Positions 9,206 to 18,855 of a DNA stretch of 51,822 nucleotides are shown here, in pieces (the first letter of the stretch is position 1; each line of letters opens with the position of its first letter). The stretch is taken from NCBI GenBank assembly GCA_019057635.1, contig DXJL01000149.1:1-51822 (forward strand). Reading direction: 5' to 3'. The notes under the pieces are model-generated. The model made no database searches and had not been told where the DNA came from. It saw only the letters and a program-made list of their open reading frames with translations. The translations under genes and the position numbers were made by a program. Source of the stretch: Candidatus Heimdallarchaeota archaeon. GTDB taxonomy: Archaea > Asgardarchaeota > Heimdallarchaeia > Hodarchaeales > Hodarchaeaceae.

Positions 9206-11593
9206 GTGAAAGGAATTTCTCAACCTAACATCATACCAAAAGATTTGAAACCTGCTGAAATTCTCTGTCTCGACGACGATGAGTGGTTCTTACGTTTATT
9301 AGTTAAAAAATTTCAAAGCGTTGATCCAAATTTTAATATAACAACAGCAATGAGTGTTGAAGAAGCACTAGACTACTTAAAGGAACAATCATACGATTGT
9401 ATTTTGTGTGATCACAAACTCCCTGGGACAATTACCATTCGCGGTAAGATCTTTCCTTCTGACGGTATCCATGTAATGCGGAAATTTAAAGATGAATTGG
9501 AAATCGACTCACCCTTTATCTTCGTGACAGGACAAGGATCAGAAGAGATAGCCTCACAAGCACTACAATTAGGAGCAGCAGGTTATTTCATTAAACGTGT
9601 TCAACCTGGTTACTACAGCTTAATGGCGACATCAATTCGCCAAATTATTGATCGATATTGGTTACAGCGTGAATTAAAGGAATCTGAGTTCCGTTATAAG
9701 GATTTATTTGAAAATGCGACTGGATTAATCTTTATTTTTGATACGAAAGGAAATTTACAAGAATCAAATCAGAACTTCTATACTATGTTCGGTTATAAAG
9801 AGGGGGAGAATTTAACTTACACCCAGATTGCTCACACAGCCGATTTCGATAAATGGCAGAACATGATTGATTCGATAATACTAGGGAATAATCAAATCCA
9901 ATTACTCAGAGCTGTTACAAAAGATAATACCGTACTCCATCTCGATATCAACGCTCGTCCACTCTGGGATAAACGCCAAAAAACAATCATTGGTATTCAA
10001 GCCATTGCACGAGACATTTCAGATCAAGTTAAGACCCAACAAGCATTAATAGATTCAGAAGAAAAGCATAGAAAGATCGTTGAAGGCTCAATTGATGGGA
10101 TAATTTTTCTTGATACTCAAGGTGGAGTCATCGATTGGAATCCTGCAGCAACTATAATAACAGGAATTGATCAAAATGACGCTGTAGGAAAAAAAATTGA
10201 AGAGATTTTACAATCATTAAAACCATCTCAAGTAAATGACCCTGAATCTGTAGAGGTTGATCCTTCGGTTATTCGAAAGGAGTACGAAAAACTATTCGCA
10301 TCAGAAGTCGATCTTCAGACTCCAAAAATGATTGAATTCAGCTTAGAGAATATAAAAACGGGCAAAAGGCATTTAATTGAAACCGTCGGCTTTATTGTTG
10401 AACATTCAAAAGGAAATCGTGTCGCAATTGTAATGCGTGATGTCACAGAGCGTCGTATCGCTGAAGCAGAAAGTCGATCACTTGCACAGCGATTTCAGAT
10501 GCTAATTGAACAAACAGCTATCGGTGTATGGGTAACTGATCTTACAGAAACTACGACATACGTTAATGAAAGTGTCGCACAGATTCTTGGTTATAGTAAA
10601 CGAGAAATTATTGGAGCCTCAGTTTTGGATTTTGCATCTCCGGAAAGTGCCGAAATAATCAAATCCAAAACAAAAAGCCGATTTGCTCAAAAAACCGTAA
10701 ATGATACATATGAACTACATTTCTTTCATAGAAATGGGAAAATCATAACCACACTTGTAACTGCAGCTGCAATTTATGATGAAAAAGGGAATCTTCAAGA
10801 AACTTATGGGCTTATTCGTGATGTTACGGATGAACGGGAGCGAGAACAAGAATTAAAACGTACAAAAGAATATTTAGAGTCAATAATAGCCTCCATGCCC
10901 GCTGGTGTCTATTCTTATGATTTAGATCAAAAAATAACGATGGTAAATCCTCGTTTAGTAGAAATTCTTCGATATACCTCTGAGAAAGAATTAATTGGCC
11001 ATTCAATTTATGATTTATTTCCATCTCGTGAACATACTACAGTTGAAAACTTGGTTAAAGAAAGAATGACTGGCCAACGATCAAAGGAATATATTCCACT
11101 CAATTATCTTACCAGACAAGGTGAAGAAGTGACTACATCTGTTACTTCCATTCCATTAGTAATTGATGAAAAAGTCGAGGGGGCTGTTGTCACAGTTTCA
11201 GATTTAACGGAACAAAGACAAATGGAAGAATATGTGCATAAAATCTCTCACGAATATAGGGTATTGCTAGAAAAACTTCCAGGGGGAATATTAAAAATCA
11301 ATAATCTTGGACAAATTGTCACGTATAATGAAAAAGCAGCTGAACTATTGAATTTCATTGATGTAGTTGATTTAGGAACTTTAAATTTACTGGAATATCA
11401 TCCATTCAAAGAAGCGGGGATTACAGAAAAATTTAGGAATTTGTTATACCAAAAAACTGATGAAGAGGTAATTGTAGCCGAGATTACGGATAATTTGGGG
11501 AAAAAGCACCCATTAAAATTCCATTTCTTTCCTGTGAAAGATCAGTACATGGAGAATCTTTCCTGGTTTTTGGTTGTCAATAGAACAGACTAA
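9206..11593 (+). CDS. Response regulator, REC plus 5 PAS domains, no output domain
   Basis: REC motifs LDDD, LCDHKLP, VTGQG, YFIK; PAS/PAC ends ARDIS, RDVTE, RDVTD, SDLTE and a fifth PAS. Confidence 0.88.
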   Translation: MKGISQPNIIPKDLKPAEILCLDDDEWFLRLLVKKFQSVDPNFNITTAMSVEEALDYLKEQSYDCILCDHKLPGTITIRGKIFPSDGIHVMRKFKDELEIDSPFIFVTGQGSEEIASQALQLGAAGYFIKRVQPGYYSLMATSIRQIIDRYWLQRELKESEFRYKDLFENATGLIFIFDTKGNLQESNQNFYTMFGYKEGENLTYTQIAHTADFDKWQNMIDSIILGNNQIQLLRAVTKDNTVLHLDINARPLWDKRQKTIIGIQAIARDISDQVKTQQALIDSEEKHRKIVEGSIDGIIFLDTQGGVIDWNPAATIITGIDQNDAVGKKIEEILQSLKPSQVNDPESVEVDPSVIRKEYEKLFASEVDLQTPKMIEFSLENIKTGKRHLIETVGFIVEHSKGNRVAIVMRDVTERRIAEAESRSLAQRFQMLIEQTAIGVWVTDLTETTTYVNESVAQILGYSKREIIGASVLDFASPESAEIIKSKTKSRFAQKTVNDTYELHFFHRNGKIITTLVTAAAIYDEKGNLQETYGLIRDVTDEREREQELKRTKEYLESIIASMPAGVYSYDLDQKITMVNPRLVEILRYTSEKELIGHSIYDLFPSREHTTVENLVKERMTGQRSKEYIPLNYLTRQGEEVTTSVTSIPLVIDEKVEGAVVTVSDLTEQRQMEEYVHKISHEYRVLLEKLPGGILKINNLGQIVTYNEKAAELLNFIDVVDLGTLNLLEYHPFKEAGITEKFRNLLYQKTDEEVIVAEITDNLGKKHPLKFHFFPVKDQYMENLSWFLVVNRTD

Positions 11594-12597
11594 ACTTCAA
11601 ATTCAATGACTTTTCCAGTTTCAATACCTTTTCTGGCCGCTTCGACTAATTTTAATGCATTAATACCATCATCAATTGTAACTAAAGGTTCACCATCACC
11701 CCTAATGCAATCTACTAGATTCCACATTTCAGAAAGTAGTGGTTCGCCGTAAACTTTTATCTGTTCTCCATTAGAAAAGGGAATACGAATAGCTGATACT
11801 TCCTTATCCCCTCGGGCAATTTCTAAACTCCTTAATTCAAGAATTTGAGTAAGCAAATTGGCACACAAAGTCGCTTTTGTACCTTCAATATCTATTGTCC
11901 GTAATTTCCCAGCGAATTCTCGACTCATCAAAAATGTTACTATAAATTCTTCCTCTTGAGATGTTAATACAATGATACTGGAATTTCCTATATTGTTTAA
12001 GGTGAGAGCAGAAGAGAATAACTTCAATTTACCTTTGGGAAATAAACGCATAGCTACATCAAAATCGTGGACTCCAATATCTTCATAAACATCACCAATT
12101 GAACCAAGACGTGCTTCAGCAACAGCTCCTCGCCTTTGAAATAGCACTGATCGAGGTTCTCCAATTACTCGCTTATCAAGAATTTCGATTATGCGAGAGA
12201 TAACTGGATTAAAAACTTCTACATGACCAACGATAGTTTTTAAATTTTTACCTTCAAGTTTACTCCTTAAATCAAGCGCTTGTTCTACAGAAGATGCAAC
12301 AGGTTTTTCTATAAGAAGTCCTTTCAAGGAAGGCAAAAGAGAAACGACTTCTAAAGCAACTTTTGCGTGAATGTCTGTTGGTGCTGCAACAATAACGCCA
12401 TTTGGTTTTCGTTCACTTGCTAACTCTTCTATAGTTGAAAAACTTGGAACATTAAATTTTCGACCTACCTTTTCTGCTGTAGCGTTATCAGGTTCAACAA
12501 TTGAATCTAGAAAACCCAATCTATGTAATAACCGCGCGTGGGAAAAACCCATTCTTCCCACTCCTACAACTGTTATTCGTATTGAATCATTTGACAT
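11590..12597 (-). CDS. Gfo/Idh/MocA family NAD(P)-dependent oxidoreductase
   Basis: GVGRMG Rossmann loop, LIEKP, GHVEVFNP, DIGVHDFD. Confidence 0.93.
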   Translation of the reverse strand: MSNDSIRITVVGVGRMGFSHARLLHRLGFLDSIVEPDNATAEKVGRKFNVPSFSTIEELASERKPNGVIVAAPTDIHAKVALEVVSLLPSLKGLLIEKPVASSVEQALDLRSKLEGKNLKTIVGHVEVFNPVISRIIEILDKRVIGEPRSVLFQRRGAVAEARLGSIGDVYEDIGVHDFDVAMRLFPKGKLKLFSSALTLNNIGNSSIIVLTSQEEEFIVTFLMSREFAGKLRTIDIEGTKATLCANLLTQILELRSLEIARGDKEVSAIRIPFSNGEQIKVYGEPLLSEMWNLVDCIRGDGEPLVTIDDGINALKLVEAARKGIETGKVIEFEV

Positions 12598-12634
12598 TTA
12601 CTAATCACCCTACTAGCATTTGAAGAGTTTTACA

Positions 12635-13981
12635 TTAAGCTTGATATGTTTCTTGTGCTAAGATTGCGAGAACTTGCATAGAATAAAAAAACGTGAGCAG
12701 GATGACTATTAGCATTATGAAGTATACAACAATATTCCATTGTTTTAGCACACGATCATAGAAATCACCCAATGGTAAAATTAAGATCAAAGAAATCCAA
12801 GTTGCTCCGAAAAAGACTGTGAATGAATGAGTCTTGAGAGATAAGTCCCGAAATAAGAAACCCGAAAACTCACCTACTAAACCCACTACCCCAATACTAA
12901 GGATTGCAAGGAGAACAGTTATACAAACTGTATAAATTGATCCCCAAGAAATGCCTTTGACGAATGATTGATTTCTGATTCCCCTTTCTTCAGTTGTTTT
13001 GATATCCCCTAAACGAAGGATTATCGGTCCTCCGCCAAAATAAATCCATAAAAAGTTAAAAACAGCCGTAATAAGCACTCGTGAAGAATCTAAGCGATAG
13101 TTTATGTGATAACCCGTTTTTCTGTACACGAAAAAGGTAGCTAGCCAGATAGGCATCATTAACAAGGATGTTAGAAGAAAGCCTGACATGATGCCAAAAA
13201 AACCATCCAAAATGATGTCAGTTTCGGTAATTAGGAAACTATATGGGCTATTGGGGTTTGAATATCTGTCAAACCAATAAAAGTAAATCATTGTAACCAA
13301 GATAAAAGATCCAATATAGTTCAGCAAATTCTGACGGTTAAACCCACCAAAATTTTTATTCAGAGAACTTAAGGTCTGGCGATCACGGTGTACTACTCCG
13401 AAAGAACGTGAATGTGAAATTGTACTTTTTATAGGAAAAGATCTTGATGTTCCTTGTCTGATTATTGTAAGTGGAATACTTGCAGGTTTTAATAATTGGG
13501 ACAACTCTACTTGAAATCCTTCAAATGGTTTCTCAAGTAACAAAGAACGTTTCGTTTTCCTACCAAAATCAGTTGCTCCACAATGTACACAATATCCTGT
13601 ATTTGGAGGATTTGGTTTCCAACAATGATTACAAATAACAGCTTGTGATCCTTCTTGAACGGAAGATTGCAATCGAGCTCCACATAAATGACAAAATAAA
13701 TGTCCTGTGGGGATTTCCTGTCGACATAAAGGACACTTTTGAATTTTGGCAATTACTGGTGATTCAGTGTCGAGAGATTTTCCGCATCTGATACAAAAAA
13801 TCGTTTTGGGAACTAACTCTTCACAATGTGGACATTTAATCTCACTAAATGAAGGTTGTTGAACCTTCTTCAAGGTAGAGCTCAATTTTTGCCCACAGGT
13901 AATACAAAATTCCGTTTTAGGGACGTTATTATTACAATGAGGACAATTAATTAGCGTTATATCCGTATTATCTGAATTCAT
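12635..13981 (-). CDS. Membrane protein with four N-terminal double-CxxC zinc ribbons
   Basis: CPHC/CITC, CPHC/CIRC, CPLC/CHLC, CNHC/CVHC followed by about 6-7 TM helices. Confidence 0.85.
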   Translation of the reverse strand: MNSDNTDITLINCPHCNNNVPKTEFCITCGQKLSSTLKKVQQPSFSEIKCPHCEELVPKTIFCIRCGKSLDTESPVIAKIQKCPLCRQEIPTGHLFCHLCGARLQSSVQEGSQAVICNHCWKPNPPNTGYCVHCGATDFGRKTKRSLLLEKPFEGFQVELSQLLKPASIPLTIIRQGTSRSFPIKSTISHSRSFGVVHRDRQTLSSLNKNFGGFNRQNLLNYIGSFILVTMIYFYWFDRYSNPNSPYSFLITETDIILDGFFGIMSGFLLTSLLMMPIWLATFFVYRKTGYHINYRLDSSRVLITAVFNFLWIYFGGGPIILRLGDIKTTEERGIRNQSFVKGISWGSIYTVCITVLLAILSIGVVGLVGEFSGFLFRDLSLKTHSFTVFFGATWISLILILPLGDFYDRVLKQWNIVVYFIMLIVILLTFFYSMQVLAILAQETYQA

Positions 13982-14112
13982 TAGATCTAAATGTCCTGTT
14001 TCGATTATTAGTTGTTTTCATCTATTCATATACTTGTTTAAAAATGATGTTCTGTTAAAGCAACAACCAATCTTGTTTATTGCTGATTTCTCACAAAGCA
14101 AAAAGAATTTTC

Positions 14113-14565
14113 TTAGTTCCAAATGAGAGTGAATACTCCAAACAAGAAAATTATTAACTCAATGACGATTATTTGTTTTTTCCTATAGTAATTCTGAATA
14201 AAATTCACAGAATTTGACTCTTCGAGAATTTCTAATGGATCCAAATTGAGAAATGACACTGAATAGTTGGAAAAAGGAGCAAATATATACACATTCCAAT
14301 CAATCATATCACTCATGAGATGTATGAAACCACCAAGGAAAAACCAACAGAAATTTGATTTTAGAAGGAAGGAAAAGGAAGTAAGAAAAATCCAAACCAT
14401 TGGATAGTGGGGAAAATAAGTCCGATGGTTCTTTTTTTGAAGAATTCCTAAGAATATATCTACATCTGGAAGAACACAGCCTAGAATTAATAACATATTC
14501 GAGAAAGAATCGATTTGAAGGATATTCACAAATATTATTCCGATTAAAAGATGGATATGAGGCAT
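14113..14565 (-). CDS. YdjM-like membrane-bound metal-dependent hydrolase
   Basis: N-terminal H, GCVLPDVD, HRTYFPH, HLMSD motifs; start moved to ATG 14565. Confidence 0.85.
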   Translation of the reverse strand: MPHIHLLIGIIFVNILQIDSFSNMLLILGCVLPDVDIFLGILQKKNHRTYFPHYPMVWIFLTSFSFLLKSNFCWFFLGGFIHLMSDMIDWNVYIFAPFSNYSVSFLNLDPLEILEESNSVNFIQNYYRKKQIIVIELIIFLFGVFTLIWN

Positions 14566-14692
14566 CAAATTGCATACCAGCTGGAAATCTATATACTGAT
14601 GCAGAATTTTCGAGTTTACTATGCGCATATAATTTAAAAACAAAATTCATTCTTTGATAAAGTGGTCAAATACATTTTGGGATAAATGTGCT

Positions 14693-15076
14693 ATGCCATA
14701 CCGTCAACCTTTAGAAAAGTTGCTTGAAGAAAAGAAAGTTCTTGGAGTGGTAATTTTTGACCCTTCCGGCAATGATTGGTGGCATACAGGGTCATTCCCG
14801 CAAGCAAATGACAGACTTTTAGATGGCTACTATTTAATTCACGAATGGTTAACATACCCAGCTTCTGCTGAAATAGCTGGAGTCAAATATCTGACATTAC
14901 TTAATGCGTACCCAGATTACTGGCTTTTGACAAATATGGAGGGCCAGGGATCCTTAATTCTCCAAAAAGCTACTAACGACTTTTATTTTTTCTGTTATCT
15001 AGATGAATCCATTGATCCACCTGACATCCAGAAAGAAGTAAAAGCGATTGCCGAGCTTTTCGCACAAGGCGTCTAA
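14693..15076 (+). CDS. Asgard profilin-like actin-binding protein
   Basis: 127 aa; VVIFDPSG..WW, EW...SAEIAGVKYLTL, LLTNMEGQGSLI pattern of Asgard profilins; C-terminal helix. Confidence 0.75.
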   Translation: MPYRQPLEKLLEEKKVLGVVIFDPSGNDWWHTGSFPQANDRLLDGYYLIHEWLTYPASAEIAGVKYLTLLNAYPDYWLLTNMEGQGSLILQKATNDFYFFCYLDESIDPPDIQKEVKAIAELFAQGV

Positions 15077-15086
15077 GGGATTTATA

Positions 15087-16511
15087 ATGACATCAGGAAA
15101 CGATTATTCGAGTCTAAGCCATATTTTTCGAGCTTATGACGTACGAGGAGTATATAATAAAGAAATCACTGCTGCAGTCCATTATCGGATTGGTCTAGCC
15201 TTCGGAACATTCTTGCAGAGAAATCAAGGATTTCAAACCCAGGATCATTTTGTCTTTATTGCCTGGGATATTCGCCAAACAAGTTCACTATTAGCACAAG
15301 CTTTTGCTGCCGGAGTCATGTCTTCTGGAATACATATTGAGTATTCTGGGGAAGCATTACAATTTGGTGCATGTATGTTTTCAGCTTGGAAACGGAATGC
15401 ATTTGCTACGGCATACATAACTGCTTCTCATCTTCCTCCTGAATGGAATGGGGTCAAATTTTATTATGGTAATGGAGTGGGTTTTTCTGAAGAAGACAAT
15501 ATGAAAATTCGAGACATTTTCATTGAAGGTGATTTTCTTCAACCATCATGGACAGGGGTAGGACAAATGACTCGCTTGAATCTCAAAAATGAGTATCGTG
15601 ACTATTTAAGTACAAAGTTTACACTTAAAAGACCATTAAAAGTTGTTGTCGACTGTGGGAATGGCTCGTCATGTTTGTCAGCTCCTGAAGTCCTAAAATC
15701 TATCGGTCTTGAGGTAATTCCCTTATACTGTGAAGTCGATCCTGCTTTCCCCAATAGGTCTTCTGAACCCAATGAACAAACTTTGACTGAACTATCGAAA
15801 ATTGTTATTGAAGAGAAAGCAGATTTTGGAGTGGGATTCGATGGGGATGGTGATCGTGCTGTTATTGCCGATAATACAGGCCGTGTCTTACTCGCCGATA
15901 TTACAGGTCTGATTCTAGCCAAATATATGCTCTCGATTTTTCCGAAAAAGAAAAGGGTACTAGCGAATGTAGAATGTTCTCTTGCACTAGAAAAATCACT
16001 CCCTGAATCAACAATTGTTGATCGTATTAAAGTAGGCCATACATTCCTAACTGCAGATGCACAGGAAAAGAAGGATACATTAATTGGAATTGAGAGCTCT
16101 GGACATATGGTTTTTCCACATATATACCTATTTGATGATGCAATGATCATTCCTTTGATTTTAGCTGAAATGCTGTCGACAAAAGATACAGGTCTCTCTG
16201 AATTGGTCGACCAACTGCCATTATTGTATAAACGTAGAGTAGCTGTCCCAGCACCCGATAATATCAAATTTAACGCTATTACAAGTCTGTTACAAGAGAT
16301 TAAAGCATCCCATAATTCTGTAACTGACATCGATGGAATTGGTATTTCTTTTGGTGTTGAATCTTGGGTATTAATTCGTGCTAGTAATACTGGACCAAAA
16401 ATTCGCATCACTATAGAGGCAGAATCAGCTAATCAAGCAGACGAATTGCTAGTTAAATATCAAAAGTTATTAAAAGATAAGCTTCAAGAGATTACCTCTG
16501 CAATGGAATGA
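15087..16511 (+). CDS. Phosphomannomutase/phosphoglucomutase
   Basis: IFRAYDVRG, TASHLP (phospho-Ser), FDGDGDR metal loop, IESSGH, LIRASNT. Confidence 0.95.
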   Translation: MTSGNDYSSLSHIFRAYDVRGVYNKEITAAVHYRIGLAFGTFLQRNQGFQTQDHFVFIAWDIRQTSSLLAQAFAAGVMSSGIHIEYSGEALQFGACMFSAWKRNAFATAYITASHLPPEWNGVKFYYGNGVGFSEEDNMKIRDIFIEGDFLQPSWTGVGQMTRLNLKNEYRDYLSTKFTLKRPLKVVVDCGNGSSCLSAPEVLKSIGLEVIPLYCEVDPAFPNRSSEPNEQTLTELSKIVIEEKADFGVGFDGDGDRAVIADNTGRVLLADITGLILAKYMLSIFPKKKRVLANVECSLALEKSLPESTIVDRIKVGHTFLTADAQEKKDTLIGIESSGHMVFPHIYLFDDAMIIPLILAEMLSTKDTGLSELVDQLPLLYKRRVAVPAPDNIKFNAITSLLQEIKASHNSVTDIDGIGISFGVESWVLIRASNTGPKIRITIEAESANQADELLVKYQKLLKDKLQEITSAME

Positions 16512-16512
16512 T

Positions 16513-17220
16513 GTGTTAGAAATGACTGATAAAATCGGTTTAATAGGTGGGACTGGTCCATTAGGACAAGGATTAGCTTTGCGGTGGGGATTAGCAGGTG
16601 AACCTGTCTGGATGGGATCAAGACTGCAGGAAAAAGCGGATAAAATTACTCTTGAGATAAATTCGAAATTAAATAAGCAGATAATCCAGCCTATGACAAA
16701 TAAAGATTGTATTCAAGAAGCAGACATAATTCTGATCACTACTCCATTCAATTTCATGATTAAAACCATAGAACCACTATTACCTTACTTAACGGAGGAA
16801 AAAATCCTTGTAGATGTCACAGTTCCTCTGAAACCGTTTGAAAAGGGAAAAATGGTTGACATTCTTTCGCAAATAGATCTAAAAGCTCAAAGTGCCACGG
16901 AACTCCTCCGAAAAGTTGTTCCTCCCAGCATACCTGTAGTAGGTGCATTTAAAACCCTTTCAAATTTCACTTTAAGAGACATTGACAGATTACCAACCTT
17001 AGATCAGGATGTTTTCATTTTTAGTAAAGATAAAGAAGCTAAAAATAGAGTGAAGGAGAAAGCCCTAAAAATTGAGCATCTACGACCTGTTGACGCTGGA
17101 GGAACGCTTTCAGCAAGACATGTGGAAAGATTCACTACCTTCCTCATTGGTCTCAATCGGAGATATAAAACACATGATTCTGGAATTAAAGTTTCAGGGC
17201 TACCTACTCGGAAATGGTAA
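16513..17220 (+). CDS. npdG: NADPH-dependent F420 reductase
   Basis: IGGTGPLGQGLALRW, GSR, VDVTVPL, VVGAFKTLS, VDAG, LIGLNRRYK. Confidence 0.88.
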   Translation: MLEMTDKIGLIGGTGPLGQGLALRWGLAGEPVWMGSRLQEKADKITLEINSKLNKQIIQPMTNKDCIQEADIILITTPFNFMIKTIEPLLPYLTEEKILVDVTVPLKPFEKGKMVDILSQIDLKAQSATELLRKVVPPSIPVVGAFKTLSNFTLRDIDRLPTLDQDVFIFSKDKEAKNRVKEKALKIEHLRPVDAGGTLSARHVERFTTFLIGLNRRYKTHDSGIKVSGLPTRKW

Positions 17221-17224
17221 TTAC

Positions 17225-18850
17225 TTAAATGCTTTGTTTAAAAGTATCTATTATATGTCTTTGTGATTTAGAGAGATTATAATGGTCAAGAATAAACGCA
17301 TCCATTTGAGTTATTTCCTCATTTCCCAAACATATTTCTCTCTCTATCTTCATTTCTGCTATTTCTTGTTCCTCTAATGCAGAAAATGGTAATTTAATGG
17401 GAAGTTGCTTCAAATAGCTGATAGGTATTTTTGGAAATATTTTCTTTACTGTTTGAAACTTATGGTTAAGATAAAAAGTTAATAACGAAGAGTTTAGTAT
17501 GATTTCTAGATGTTTTAAATTGAAATGAGACCATTGTGGCTTGAAGGTAATTATGTACACATCGCACACACAAAATAGCATGGTTGGATCATAAACTGAT
17601 ATAAGTTCACGACCAATTCTTCGGAGGAGCAATTTTGGTTTCATATACATTGATTTGTCTTTGAAAATTGATTTTCTGTTCGAATCGAATTCAATATATC
17701 GCCTATCTCCTTTTATGGAAAATTTACTGATATTTCTCCCAGCTATCACTGGTACAGACTCCTGTGTAGAAGGTGTTTCGTTAGTGAAGGTTGACTTAAA
17801 TCCTAACTCGATTCCACGCGTAATAGATGCGATATCCTTTAGGAAAAGCGCTCCTGTTTCCATAATCTCAAGAATTTCAGTGATCTCTGTAGCCAGATCA
17901 GGTAAAATGTACCTGAACTTCTGATCCATAATCATTCTTTGGTCATTCATTTTAATCTGAGAGAATCCACCTTCAACTGAATACTTACTGAATTCAATGA
18001 TGTGGGAAAGACCCTTCTCGGCATCAGTTTTCTTATATCCCATTACAATGCATGTTTCAACAGATACTGAAGGAAATACATTGTCATCCAACATGATGAT
18101 TTTATTGATGTTGAGCTGATTGAGTAATAAATCCCTGAATGCTTGATATCGAAAGTTTGTAGTAAAGTTATTCGGAATAAGGAAGATTAACGCTCCTCCT
18201 TCTCGTAATAGATGTATTGACCGTTCAACAAATAGAAGATAACTTTCTATTTCGGGATCAACACCTTCAAAAATTCTTCTATAGATATTTTTCTCTTCAG
18301 AAGTAAATGAAATCCCAAAGGGGGGATTTCCTATACAAATATCATATCCCTCTTTAGTGTTAGGTGCGGACCATTCATAAAACCAATGAAACGCATTTTT
18401 AACTAAATTTATGTCTGGTTGATTAATGTTAAGATCATCGAAGAAATAACGAGTTAATTTTTCTTCTGTATAATAATTCTTCATGGTTTTAGGAGGTTTA
18501 ATATACCCAATTAACGCATTTCCAGTTTTAAACGAAATTTCAATATCCTTACTTGTCGCTAATTTCCTTTTTTTTGACTCACATAAATTAATAGATTCAT
18601 TATTTATATCTAAACCATGCAAAATTAGTTTAAAATTTATTAGATCACTTTCTCTGATGTTGTTCTTTTGTTTCAAAATTTCAAATAAAAATCTACCATC
18701 TCCAACTGAATTATCAAGGATGCTGATACTTCCAGAACCAAGTGGTTGGTTCAGAATGTCGTTAATAAAATCGAGAGAGAGATTGACCATTAATTTTACA
18801 ATTTTTTCTGGTGTTGGGATCGCTCCTAGTGGTTCTTTTCCTTTTTTCAC
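17225..18850 (-). CDS. Eco57I/TaqI-like (gamma class) amino-DNA methyltransferase with TaqI_C-like specificity region
   Basis: Motif I LDNSVGDGRFL, motif IV GNPPF, LFVERSIHLLREGG, KPKLLLRRI, ILNSSLLTFY. Confidence 0.9.
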   Translation of the reverse strand: MKKGKEPLGAIPTPEKIVKLMVNLSLDFINDILNQPLGSGSISILDNSVGDGRFLFEILKQKNNIRESDLINFKLILHGLDINNESINLCESKKRKLATSKDIEISFKTGNALIGYIKPPKTMKNYYTEEKLTRYFFDDLNINQPDINLVKNAFHWFYEWSAPNTKEGYDICIGNPPFGISFTSEEKNIYRRIFEGVDPEIESYLLFVERSIHLLREGGALIFLIPNNFTTNFRYQAFRDLLLNQLNINKIIMLDDNVFPSVSVETCIVMGYKKTDAEKGLSHIIEFSKYSVEGGFSQIKMNDQRMIMDQKFRYILPDLATEITEILEIMETGALFLKDIASITRGIELGFKSTFTNETPSTQESVPVIAGRNISKFSIKGDRRYIEFDSNRKSIFKDKSMYMKPKLLLRRIGRELISVYDPTMLFCVCDVYIITFKPQWSHFNLKHLEIILNSSLLTFYLNHKFQTVKKIFPKIPISYLKQLPIKLPFSALEEQEIAEMKIEREICLGNEEITQMDAFILDHYNLSKSQRHIIDTFKQSI

Positions 18851-18855
18851 CTTCC

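Noticed and set aside
15602-16411. 269-aa antisense ORF inside PMM (likewise 28042-28569, 18483-18911, 48491-48928, 44878-45285 and other short track ORFs)
   Set aside because: Mirror-frame ORFs of well-supported genes, Ser/Ile/Pro-rich with no family motifs
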